64,000 bases of DNA from NCBI GenBank assembly GCA_964582295.1, contig CAZOQP010000001.1:9588-73587 (forward strand), in the 5' to 3' direction. Position 1 is the stretch's first letter; each line of letters begins with the position of its first letter. Below the pieces are notes generated by a model. The model was given only the letters and a program-made list of their open reading frames with translations. It searched no databases and was not told the DNA's origin. Positions 20,208 through 28,815 of the stretch are shown piece after piece. A program made the translations under genes and the position numbers. The stretch comes from an uncultured Candidatus Saccharibacteria bacterium (GTDB lineage: Bacteria > Patescibacteriota > Minisyncoccia > Phycocordibacterales > Zambryskibacteraceae).

Positions 20208-21455
20208 TTAGAAGTTATAAATTATAAGATGTTCAACCTCCCTATCATTACGACCTTTTATATTGTACAAATAAGTTTTATCGAAAGTCTTAATTTTAAT
20301 ATTTAACCTGTTTTTATATAAACCTAAAATAAATGGGGTTTTTTTGATTATCAGGATAAATTTTGCTTTTGTTTTATATAAGCAATTAGCTAATCTTTTC
20401 TGATCATTCTTATCAAAAGATTGTTTTTCGTAATCACTAAAATCTGTATCGTATGGTGGATCTAGAAAGATAAAATCTTTTGGTGATAAATCTGTTTTTT
20501 TAATTATCTCTTCAAAATCTACATTTTTAATAGAAGTATTTTTAAAAATTCTTTCTATATTCTCACTTAATATATAGTCAACTTTTTTACGAAAATCTTT
20601 TGAATTATAAGCTATGCCTCCGTAAGGAATATTAAAATGACCCTTGGAATTAAACCTAAACATTGAACCATAGCAAAATTCTCTTACAAAATAATAATTT
20701 GCAATCTTTTTTGATAAAGAAGTCGGATATCTATTTCCATTAAAATTCATCACATCCCTAAAGTGCATGTAGAAACCACTTCTAAACGCTGTTTCAATAT
20801 TCATACGTAGATCTCTGTCATCTATATTCCCTCGCTTTATTTCGATTTCCTTCACCCTCCCAAGTTTAGATATTAGGTTAGAAATGATTTGTTTTAATAG
20901 GTTCTGGTCATCAAGACAAAAACTTTTATGGAATAGTCCATTAAATTTCTTCTCCTCAGCTTTTAGGTAATTATTTACAATATTTTTTAAATTCTCCTTG
21001 GTGATTTTGTCTTTTTTGAAATCAGAATATAATTTTATTAATTTGTCCTCAAAAATATCAATATACTTTGGTATTTTTTCCCAATTATCAACGTAATCAT
21101 AAATTTCTTTTTTAAATTCTTTTTTATTTTTTTCTCCTTTTATAAATTTATAGAAAAAAACTAATTCTTCGCAGATATCGCTTACCACTGCTTCTTTGGG
21201 CTGCAATCTCAAAAAAACTGCACCGCCACCAAAAAATGGTTCTATATATCTATCAAAATCTGGGATTAAATGTTGTATGTATTTAAACTCTTCTGACTTA
21301 CCCCCCGGCCATTTAATAAGAGGCCTGGCATACACGGACTGATTTCCCAAGATGTCACCGCCATTAAAAAACCTAGATTCTTGTAGTACACTCCGATGCT
21401 TTTTATATGATGACAACGTACTCTTTTTTTTAGACCCAAAAAGAATTATCCCCAT
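20208..21455 (-). CDS. D12-class N6-adenine DNA methyltransferase (Dam-like, long internal region)
   Basis: KWPGGK, YIEPFFGGGAV, RFNSKG.FNIPYG, FLDPPY. Confidence 0.9.
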   Translation of the reverse strand: MGIILFGSKKKSTLSSYKKHRSVLQESRFFNGGDILGNQSVYARPLIKWPGGKSEEFKYIQHLIPDFDRYIEPFFGGGAVFLRLQPKEAVVSDICEELVFFYKFIKGEKNKKEFKKEIYDYVDNWEKIPKYIDIFEDKLIKLYSDFKKDKITKENLKNIVNNYLKAEEKKFNGLFHKSFCLDDQNLLKQIISNLISKLGRVKEIEIKRGNIDDRDLRMNIETAFRSGFYMHFRDVMNFNGNRYPTSLSKKIANYYFVREFCYGSMFRFNSKGHFNIPYGGIAYNSKDFRKKVDYILSENIERIFKNTSIKNVDFEEIIKKTDLSPKDFIFLDPPYDTDFSDYEKQSFDKNDQKRLANCLYKTKAKFILIIKKTPFILGLYKNRLNIKIKTFDKTYLYNIKGRNDREVEHLIIYNF

Positions 21456-21692
21456 AGTTTAATTATATATGAAACATATCCACAAAAAGTAAGGGCTGTG
21501 GATCAATTTTAAGAACATATACCCTAAAAGTTAAGGCGGTTTTTGGGAATTACAACCACATATCGACTCTATGTATACAACATTATTGGTCGTCGTGGGG
21601 ATATTGTTCCGATATTAGAACCTAAAATGCAGCTCAAATTCGAGAATCTTGATAAAAGTAAACAGAAATTAAGAGCTATCTACAAAGTTCAC

Positions 21693-21902
21693 TCAGATTG
21701 GTTTGAGGTGCTTCAACCCAAGCCTACTAAGAGTAGGAATAATGTGGATTATTCCATCCAACTCAAAAGACTCCAGCTGCAACCTGGAAGATGGCCGCGT
21801 ATGAATAAAGATTACCTTTGTTCTCCCTATCAAAATCCGCTGAAGGGTTGTTACTGCCGAAGAGATGAGGACGCTGAGGAGTGCGAAGACGAGCCAATTC
21901 AT
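21693..21902 (-). pseudogene. possible EamA/DMT transporter N-terminal remnant
   Basis: AGGAGG then MNWLVFALLSVLISSAVTTLQRILI, after which hydrophobicity is lost. Confidence 0.4.
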
Positions 21903-21991
21903 GAGTTAATTATAGCCCTCCTTGGAGATATTCGAGAAATTCACATGGCAGTAAAGATTAGCTGCTATAATATTAACTGTGACAACATCCC

Positions 21992-22627
21992 ATGATCATG
22001 CATAAATTAAATTCAAAAAATAAATATGCATTCACGACTGATAAGCTAATCCGCCAAGAACTGAAGAAAACGATTGAAAAGAGATATAAGGACGCGCCTG
22101 TGAGAATTATCGAGGAGTTTGGTTTAGATGATCATGCTACGCGAATTGATATTGCTGTAGTAAATGGAATTTTACATGGTTATGAAATCAAGAGTGACTT
22201 GGATACACTAGGGAGGTTGCCGAAGCAAATGAGTTCTTATAACTCTATTTTCGACCAAATAACTTTGGTTGTTGGAACCCAGCATCTTTATGATGCTTTC
22301 AATATTGTGCCAGACCATTGGGGCATCATGGTCGCTAAGATAGATGGAAAAGGCTCTGTATATTTCAATCACATACGGACAGCCTCTGAGAATACCTCCC
22401 AAGAGAAACTTCCAATAGCAAGACTTCTGTGGAGAGATGAAGCCATCCATTTACTTGAAGATATTGGTTGCGCGCGAGGATATAAGAGTAAGTCAAAAGA
22501 TTTAATTCATAGCAGAATTTCTGATCTTCTTGATCTGAATACTCTCAAAGAAAGAGTGCGCGAGACGCTACTTCTTTCTAGGACTGATTGGAGAGCTGGG
22601 ACAGTACCAGTGCTATATGGTGACTAA
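21992..22627 (+). CDS. sce7726 family protein (PD-(D/E)XK-like)
   Basis: IIEEFGL...RIDIAVVNG.LHGYEIKSD.DTL.RL..Q, WGI, LLWRDEA. Confidence 0.85.
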   Translation: MIMHKLNSKNKYAFTTDKLIRQELKKTIEKRYKDAPVRIIEEFGLDDHATRIDIAVVNGILHGYEIKSDLDTLGRLPKQMSSYNSIFDQITLVVGTQHLYDAFNIVPDHWGIMVAKIDGKGSVYFNHIRTASENTSQEKLPIARLLWRDEAIHLLEDIGCARGYKSKSKDLIHSRISDLLDLNTLKERVRETLLLSRTDWRAGTVPVLYGD

Positions 22628-23759
22628 TCCCTGCTGAGATCCAGTAGGTTGCTGCACCAGTTCCCTTACCTTTATTTTTTTCATCTTTCTTAACAAGTTC
22701 CATATAGGCAGGAAAATAATCTGACTTTTCTTTTATGCGCCTGTCGCCTTCGCTGAAAGCTTCCCCATAAAAGAAGGTACTATCATTCACGAGTTGTTGC
22801 GCATGTGCCAGATACTGATCGTTTCTCTTCTTCTCGCCTCTAAATATTATCCAGTTATTCTCGTGAGTGTATTTCAGCGTTGCAGACGCTTGCATGTATC
22901 GCAGTGCCTCGCTATGCATTGGATAGCGTATCGTATAATCTCCAAAAATTGGTTCTCGCACGAGTTTCCTGCCTTTTTTTGCAGCTAACCATAACTGCCA
23001 GTCATTGCGCGCCTCCATGCATGGACTATCTTCCACTTTGAGATGCCCGACATTCACAGGAAATGATCCGCTAGCAAAGATGACTGCTCTCCAAGCACTT
23101 AGGTTATGAATTTCCTGCACGTTTGAGAACAATTCTGCATATGACGCTTTTGTAGCATCATCGAGATATTTAATATCTAGGAGTAAATCTATTTGGTTTT
23201 CTTTGATGCCGGTCTCAACAACAAAGCTTCTCAATTTTGAGTTCAGATCATCAACCTTTTTCAAATCTGATAGCGTAACTCGTATGCAGATACCAACGAT
23301 AGTGCCTTTCTTGAACTGCTGCACAATTTCGTTCGCAACTTCCTTATCATCGTTTAAGTAGACTACAGGTCTTATATCTACTCCTTTTGCGTGACAAGTT
23401 TCAGCAACCTTTTGGACGCTCTCGACCTTGAGATTTGTTGTTCCAGCTCCATCGTGGATAAGATTGAAATCAATGGTTGCGCTTAGCTTGCCACGGCATT
23501 TTTCAATCTCATCCGGAATTTCCTTCAGACGAAAGTTTTTATACTTCTGAACCACCTCGTTATGTATCTCTTCTTCCGATTTACGAACTCTGGTCTTCTT
23601 ACCTTCAATAACAACAGTTTTATCCTGTGAAACACCGGGTAATACAATTTCAAGAACAGGGAGCAGATTGGCTCTATCTTTTTCAGGAACATTCGTCAAA
23701 GCCGCGATCTCAGCAGCTCGCCATTTAAGAATTGGGCTGTATAAGTAATTTTCTTTCAT
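22578..23759 (-). CDS. beta family protein (T4 beta-like)
   Basis: YSPILKWRAAE..AL, ASGSFP, FGDYTI, W...GISHHI; paired with sce7726. Confidence 0.8.
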   Translation of the reverse strand: MKENYLYSPILKWRAAEIAALTNVPEKDRANLLPVLEIVLPGVSQDKTVVIEGKKTRVRKSEEEIHNEVVQKYKNFRLKEIPDEIEKCRGKLSATIDFNLIHDGAGTTNLKVESVQKVAETCHAKGVDIRPVVYLNDDKEVANEIVQQFKKGTIVGICIRVTLSDLKKVDDLNSKLRSFVVETGIKENQIDLLLDIKYLDDATKASYAELFSNVQEIHNLSAWRAVIFASGSFPVNVGHLKVEDSPCMEARNDWQLWLAAKKGRKLVREPIFGDYTIRYPMHSEALRYMQASATLKYTHENNWIIFRGEKKRNDQYLAHAQQLVNDSTFFYGEAFSEGDRRIKEKSDYFPAYMELVKKDEKNKGKGTGAATYWISAGISHHIALVLSQLSNQS

Positions 23760-23764
23760 ATCAG

Positions 23765-24997
23765 TTAAGCTGAATTAAATTCAGGAAAATACTTACGAAC
23801 TTTCGCTTCGCCAACTACTTTGCTCAGACGTTTGAAATCTCTTTCAAACCGCATTCTTCCCGCGATGATAGCAACATGTACACCCAATTCCTTTGCCAAA
23901 GATGTTGCGGCAGTCTTGGATGGAATTAGTTTTGCGGGGCTAATTTCCCATTTCTCCGTAGGAACAAGTGCTTCACCGGCCAAGCTATCTGCTTCGTGCT
24001 CCATTACTCCAATATCTCTACCTTTGATTTCATCGAGTTCGTCATAAAACAACTCACTATCGTTGTTCATGTGAAGTGCAACATGAGCCAACTCGTGCAT
24101 GAGCGTAAACCAGAAGTTATCTATACGGTCGTACCTAAGTGTCAGCCCTATTATAGGATTGTCTTTATTAAGGAAGATTGCCGCTCCGTCAAGTTTCGTT
24201 TTTTTAAACTGTTTTTCAATAACCAAAATAATTCCGTTATCTAGGAGAAACTTTTGCGCCAGAATCGGCGCACCGTCCTTAACACTTAGCTTGGCGAGAT
24301 CTTTCATGAAGTTGAGATTTACCGTGCTAGATTTATATTTCTTCTGTACTTTAACTTTTTGCGCTTTATAGAGGACGCAACCAAGCCACGCCGCGAGAGC
24401 TTGTTTATTTGTTGTTGGAGAAGTTCGGTAGTTTGTTTGTCTAAGCAAAGCACCAAAGTTCAGACTTGCATGATTAAGTGGTGAGAAAAATCTAGAGACT
24501 ACAGCCATTCGACTATCTTCTTTGGGACTGGTATCGTTGAGATACCCACGACTTTTTATTTCCTTGATGACGTCTAGGTGTATGTTTTCAAAGAGATCTT
24601 CTGTCTCTTCTGCAGGCTGTATAAGCACCTTAGCAGGTATACTTAGTTCTTTTTCAAGAGTACGGATCATTTTAAGAGTTAGAGGCGTTTTTCCAGAAAA
24701 TACTTCTGACACCTTACTCTTGCTGCCAATGTAGTGAACCATGTCAGAATCTTTGAGACCCATTTGTTCCATTCTGAACTTGATAGCCTCGACAGGATCA
24801 GGGAGAGAAGAAGGAAAATGGCTCTTTTCATAATCCTCAATCAAGGTGGCTAGCAGGTGGAGTTTGTCTGCTTCAGCAGAACCATTTTTTGGATTCATCA
24901 AAATTAGGCTCTCAAGTATTGCAAGAGCTTCCTTGTGATCTGCTTCTGTTTTAATTATTTTTATTTCCATAAAATTAAGTGATTTTCCACTTTTCAT
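23765..24997 (-). CDS. HigA-type HTH antitoxin fused to an ImmA/IrrE metallopeptidase
   Basis: DPVEAIKFRMEQ...SKVSEV...LTLKMIR HTH; FWFTLMHELAH HExxH; EHEAD. Confidence 0.88.
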   Translation of the reverse strand: MKSGKSLNFMEIKIIKTEADHKEALAILESLILMNPKNGSAEADKLHLLATLIEDYEKSHFPSSLPDPVEAIKFRMEQMGLKDSDMVHYIGSKSKVSEVFSGKTPLTLKMIRTLEKELSIPAKVLIQPAEETEDLFENIHLDVIKEIKSRGYLNDTSPKEDSRMAVVSRFFSPLNHASLNFGALLRQTNYRTSPTTNKQALAAWLGCVLYKAQKVKVQKKYKSSTVNLNFMKDLAKLSVKDGAPILAQKFLLDNGIILVIEKQFKKTKLDGAAIFLNKDNPIIGLTLRYDRIDNFWFTLMHELAHVALHMNNDSELFYDELDEIKGRDIGVMEHEADSLAGEALVPTEKWEISPAKLIPSKTAATSLAKELGVHVAIIAGRMRFERDFKRLSKVVGEAKVRKYFPEFNSA

Positions 24998-25262
24998 ATT
25001 CAGTGTGAGTGCCGATTTTCTTGACCAAAACCATCTGATTTTCGTAATCGATAATCACCCACAGCCGGTACCTGTTGCCACATATGTTAAATATCGTGCT
25101 CTTGTTTCCCACGGAGTCTGCAGTCGGGAATTTCTGCTTCAGTTCGTGAGGGGTCTTCCATGAGGCATCCTCGATTTCGCTCTCCCAGCTTTCGATCTTG
25201 CTCTTTGCGTCTGTATGCTGCCGTTTGAAGTCGTGCAGGGGTTGCTTACCTAGTAATATCAT
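24975..25262 (-). CDS. higB: HigB family toxin
   Basis: W..P.ELK..FPTAD, IFNICGNRYRL, IGTHTEY. Confidence 0.9.
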   Translation of the reverse strand: MILLGKQPLHDFKRQHTDAKSKIESWESEIEDASWKTPHELKQKFPTADSVGNKSTIFNICGNRYRLWVIIDYENQMVLVKKIGTHTEYEKWKIT

Positions 25263-25289
25263 GGCTTGTAACGATATTTCACATTTATA

Positions 25290-25312
25290 ATTGTTCCCGA
25301 TTCAGGAACAAT
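25290..25312. promoter_or_regulatory. higBA operator candidate
   Basis: ATTGTTCC-7nt-GGAACAAT inverted repeat upstream of higB. Confidence 0.5.
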
Positions 25313-25451
25313 ACTCTATGTGATAGACTAATGCAAGCGTTTCAAAAGAAGGAAATGGTTTAGGAGATCAGTCAATACCGTTCCCTTTTTAAGTTACTAA
25401 ACTATAAACGTAAGAACCGACATTTTATGCCGGTTCAAGCATTGAAATCAG

Positions 25452-25620
25452 GCGGAGGGGATGGGAATTTCACTGCTCGCCCCTCGGCAAGCTCGGGGCT
25501 GCGCTTTAAAACCTGCGGGTTTTAAAGTTTCCACCACGGGAAACTCCCGTTTCCCGACCTCATCGAGTCTGAGGACTCTCAGAGTCTAAACGACCCTTCC
25601 CCGGTTCAAATCCCATCCCC
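25452..25620. repeat. hairpin-rich element bounded by copies of the tRNA-Ser 3' end
   Basis: Direct 15-bp copy at 25452-25466 and inverted 18-bp copy at 25603-25620. Confidence 0.75.
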
Positions 25621-25663
25621 ATAAACAATTTTAAAATATCAAAAGATATTGAAAATTGTCTTG

Positions 25664-25752
25664 CGGAGGGGATGGGATTTGAACCCATGCGGGATGTATT
25701 AGACCCCGACGGTTTAGCAAACCGTTCCGTTAGACCGCTCCGGCACCCCTCC
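25664..25752 (-). tRNA. tRNA-Ser (GCU)
   Basis: GGAGGGG acceptor; ACGGT-TTGCTAA-ACCGT anticodon arm; long variable arm; G discriminator; CCA not encoded. Confidence 0.95.
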
Positions 25753-25828
25753 ATTGCTCCGCCAATTTATCACATTTTCCCCTTCTTTTCTCCTCAATTT
25801 CCATTCCAATCCCTTTCACCTCTCCCAC

Positions 25829-25876
25829 CCCACAATCTATTCCAGTATTCTCAAGAATACTGGAATAGATTGTGGG
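25829..25876. repeat. 23-bp perfect inverted repeat upstream of the ArsR-type gene
   Basis: cccacaatctattccagtattct-ca-agaatactggaatagattgtggg; related copy at 26165-26204. Confidence 0.8.
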
Positions 25877-25930
25877 TATGATATAAAATTTATGGGTGTA
25901 AAATTTGCAGGTATAGATATAAATATACAT

Positions 25931-26200
25931 ATGAAAAATTTTAGACAACTCGAGCGATTGGTAAAAGGATTCGCCAATCACCGTAGAATCGAGATCCTCA
26001 ATCTTCTCGATAAGACTCCGGAACTTTCAGTATTTGAGGTTGCCGAAAGATTGAAGATCAACTTCAAGACTGCTTCAGAACACATCCTCCGTCTTGCTAT
26101 CGCCGGCCTGGTGGTGAAAAGAAACGAAGGAAATAACGTGCGACATGCACTTACCAACACCGGAAAATCTATTCTCAAATTCTTGAGAAGACTAGAATAG
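25931..26200 (+). CDS. ArsR/SmtB family winged-helix regulator
   Basis: FANHRRIEIL.LL...LSV.EVAE.L...TASEH...L..AGLV; start ATG 25931. Confidence 0.85.
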   Translation: MKNFRQLERLVKGFANHRRIEILNLLDKTPELSVFEVAERLKINFKTASEHILRLAIAGLVVKRNEGNNVRHALTNTGKSILKFLRRLE

Positions 26201-26253
26201 ATTTGGATAATAATTGTCCTGATCTTCTTATATTCATTTAGTACAATACCGCC

Positions 26254-28380
26254 ATGCTTGATGAACTCTTTCGACTGAATCCGGCTCAGAAATCCGCCCT
26301 GAAAAAACTGGGTATCACTTCCGTTGAATCTCTCCTTTACCATATCCCCACGCGCTACGCTTCTTTTGATGGGAATAATTCCATAGCGAGCGCGCGGGCA
26401 GGAGAAGATATCGCGCTCATAGTAAACATAGAAAAAATAGAGACCAAAAAAGGATTCCGCTCAAAAATACCAATGGCAACAGGGCGCGTATCAGACCCCA
26501 CAGGGAAAATGGACGTAGTGTGGCTTCGCCAGCCGTACATTGCACGCATGTATCTTGCCGGTTCCACCATAAAAATCTCTGGCAAAGTTTCGGAAAGGAA
26601 CGGAAAGATCTCAATGGTGAACCCTAAAGTGCATCCGCTCACAGGAGAAGAGAACACTCCAATCTTTAGCGGCAAAGAAGGAGAAAGTTTGACTCCTGTA
26701 TATGCGGAAAGCCGCGGAGTGACAAGCGAATGGCTGCGGAATGCGGCTATTCGTCTCATAAAAAACAAACTGCATGAAGCTATAGAAGATCCAATACCGC
26801 CGGAAATGCTTTCTCGTTTTAATCTGCCTACTTTGAAAACCGCTTTTGTGTGGGCGCACATGCCGAAAAAACACGAGCACGCAGAAGCCGCTCGCAAGCG
26901 CTTTGCATTTGAAGAAGTTTTTTTCATACAGTTGGAAAAGCAGAAAGAGCGTGCGGAATGGCAAGCCCATCAGGCATTCGTTATTGAACCGGCAGAAGAA
27001 ACAGAAAGATTCATGGAATCGTTCCCCTACTCGCTCACGGCGGGACAGAAAAAAGCTATTGCGGATATTTTCGGGGATTTTGGCTCGGGTCGGCCGATGG
27101 CGCGGCTTCTTGAAGGCGACGTCGGCTCCGGCAAGACGGCCGTGGCGGCCGCCACGGCCTACGCCACTATCCGCACCCGGCCCAAAGGGCAAACTTTCGG
27201 AGCGCTTCAGGTGGCATACATGGCGCCCACAGAAATACTGGCATCCCAGCATTTTGAATCCTTCATACAATATTTTGTGGGTTCAGGAATTCAGATAGGC
27301 CTCATTACCGGTTCCGGCTGCAGAAAATTCCCGTCCAAAATAAAACGAGACGGCTGGACGGATATTTCCAGAACACAATTATTGAAATGGGTTGAGAACG
27401 GAGAAATACCAATTCTCATAGGTACGCATGCGCTCATACAAAAATCCGTGAAATTCAAACACTTGGCATATGCTGTGGTGGACGAGCAGCACCGCTTCGG
27501 CACGCGCCAGCGCGCGGCCTTGATACAAAAAGACGGCCGCGCGCCGCATCTTCTCTCCATGACAGCCACCCCTATTCCCCGCACATTGGCTCTCACGGTG
27601 TTTGGCGATCTTGATCTCACAGTGTTAGACGAAATGCCGCCGGGACGCAAACCAATAATGACCAAAATAGTGCCGCCGGATCAAAGATTTCATGCATATG
27701 AAGAAGTACGAAAGGAATTGACAGCGGGCAGGCAGGCGTATGTAATCTGCCCGCGTATAGACGAGCCGGATCCGGACAAGGAAATGGCAGTGCAGGCAAA
27801 ATCGGTGAAAGAAGAAGCGGCACGCCTCAAGAAAGAAGTTTTTCCTGAATACGAGATAGGAATTTTGCACAGCAAGATGAAGCCCTCGGAAAAAGATGAA
27901 GTAATGAAAGAATTTTCGGAAGGGCGCATACATATTTTGGTCGCAACATCGGTTGTGGAAGTGGGAGTGAACGTTCCGAATGCCACGTCTATCATCATTG
28001 AAGGTGCAGAAAGGTTCGGCCTGGCACAGCTTCATCAGCTGCGCGGACGTGTGGTGAGAAGCACTCATCAATCACGCTGTTTCGTGTTCTCTGAAGGAAC
28101 GAGTGAAAATACTTTTAGACGTCTGAAATCTTTTGAAAAAGCCAAAAATGGTTTTGAATTGGCTGAATTTGACCTGGAAACACGCGGTGCGGGAGACCTT
28201 GCAGGCGACAAGCAGTGGGGAGTTACCGACCTCGGTATGGAAGCCCTTAAAAATATAAAGATGGTTGAAGCGGCACGGAACGAAGCCAAAACCATAATTG
28301 AAAGCGATCCGGAGCTTTCAAAACATCCATCTCTCCAATCTCACCTGTCCGGACGCCGAACTAAAATTCATTTGGAATAG
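26254..28380 (+). CDS. recG: ATP-dependent DNA helicase RecG
   Basis: RLLEGDVGSGKT, DEQHRFG, MTATPIPRT, QLHQLRGRV. Confidence 0.96.
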   Translation: MLDELFRLNPAQKSALKKLGITSVESLLYHIPTRYASFDGNNSIASARAGEDIALIVNIEKIETKKGFRSKIPMATGRVSDPTGKMDVVWLRQPYIARMYLAGSTIKISGKVSERNGKISMVNPKVHPLTGEENTPIFSGKEGESLTPVYAESRGVTSEWLRNAAIRLIKNKLHEAIEDPIPPEMLSRFNLPTLKTAFVWAHMPKKHEHAEAARKRFAFEEVFFIQLEKQKERAEWQAHQAFVIEPAEETERFMESFPYSLTAGQKKAIADIFGDFGSGRPMARLLEGDVGSGKTAVAAATAYATIRTRPKGQTFGALQVAYMAPTEILASQHFESFIQYFVGSGIQIGLITGSGCRKFPSKIKRDGWTDISRTQLLKWVENGEIPILIGTHALIQKSVKFKHLAYAVVDEQHRFGTRQRAALIQKDGRAPHLLSMTATPIPRTLALTVFGDLDLTVLDEMPPGRKPIMTKIVPPDQRFHAYEEVRKELTAGRQAYVICPRIDEPDPDKEMAVQAKSVKEEAARLKKEVFPEYEIGILHSKMKPSEKDEVMKEFSEGRIHILVATSVVEVGVNVPNATSIIIEGAERFGLAQLHQLRGRVVRSTHQSRCFVFSEGTSENTFRRLKSFEKAKNGFELAEFDLETRGAGDLAGDKQWGVTDLGMEALKNIKMVEAARNEAKTIIESDPELSKHPSLQSHLSGRRTKIHLE

Positions 28381-28454
28381 TCCGCCCGCTTGGACTTGAA
28401 CCAAGGACCCTCGAGGTATAAGCTCGATGCTCTAACCAACTGAGCTACGGGCGG
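28381..28454 (-). tRNA. tRNA-Ile (UAU)
   Basis: CCGCCCG acceptor; TCGAG-CTTATAC-CTCGA anticodon arm; A discriminator. Confidence 0.9.
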
Positions 28455-28570
28455 ATGTTTGAGAAGCTTACAGCGTATATCATACCCCTTCAAGTTATAC
28501 ACAAACATACATATACCAAGTTAAAGCGGGGCTATAATGGATGAGTACCATTATTATTTATCCGTAAAAT

Positions 28571-28759
28571 ATGAAACTTCACAAGATCGCATTCGTACTT
28601 CTCATTATCGGCGGTTTGAACTGGCTCCTGGAAGCCTTCGGATACGGCATCGGAAATTATGTTTCCGGCTCCGTCTCCCAGGTTATCTACATCCTCGTCG
28701 GAGTTGCCGCTATATACGAGATCTTCTCTCACAAAGCTCGCTGCAAAGAGTGCATGTAA
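28571..28759 (+). CDS. DUF378 family small membrane protein
   Basis: LLIIGGLNWLL...IYILVGVAA. Confidence 0.85.
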   Translation: MKLHKIAFVLLIIGGLNWLLEAFGYGIGNYVSGSVSQVIYILVGVAAIYEIFSHKARCKECM

Positions 28760-28775
28760 TATAAGGTTTCTGTGC

Positions 28776-28815
28776 ATAAAATAAACCCGCCAGCCAGCTG
28801 GCGGGTTTGTTTTAT
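28776..28815. terminator. bidirectional terminator-like hairpin
   Basis: aaacccgccagc-ca-gctggcgggttt with A/T flanks, between convergent genes. Confidence 0.75.

Noticed and set aside
21543-21995. 150-aa plus-strand ORF
   Set aside because: TTG start, no recognisable motif, overlaps an opposite-strand transporter-like remnant; probably mosaic debris
18600-25660. Prophage or integrative element
   Set aside because: No integrase, phage structural genes or distal att copy visible
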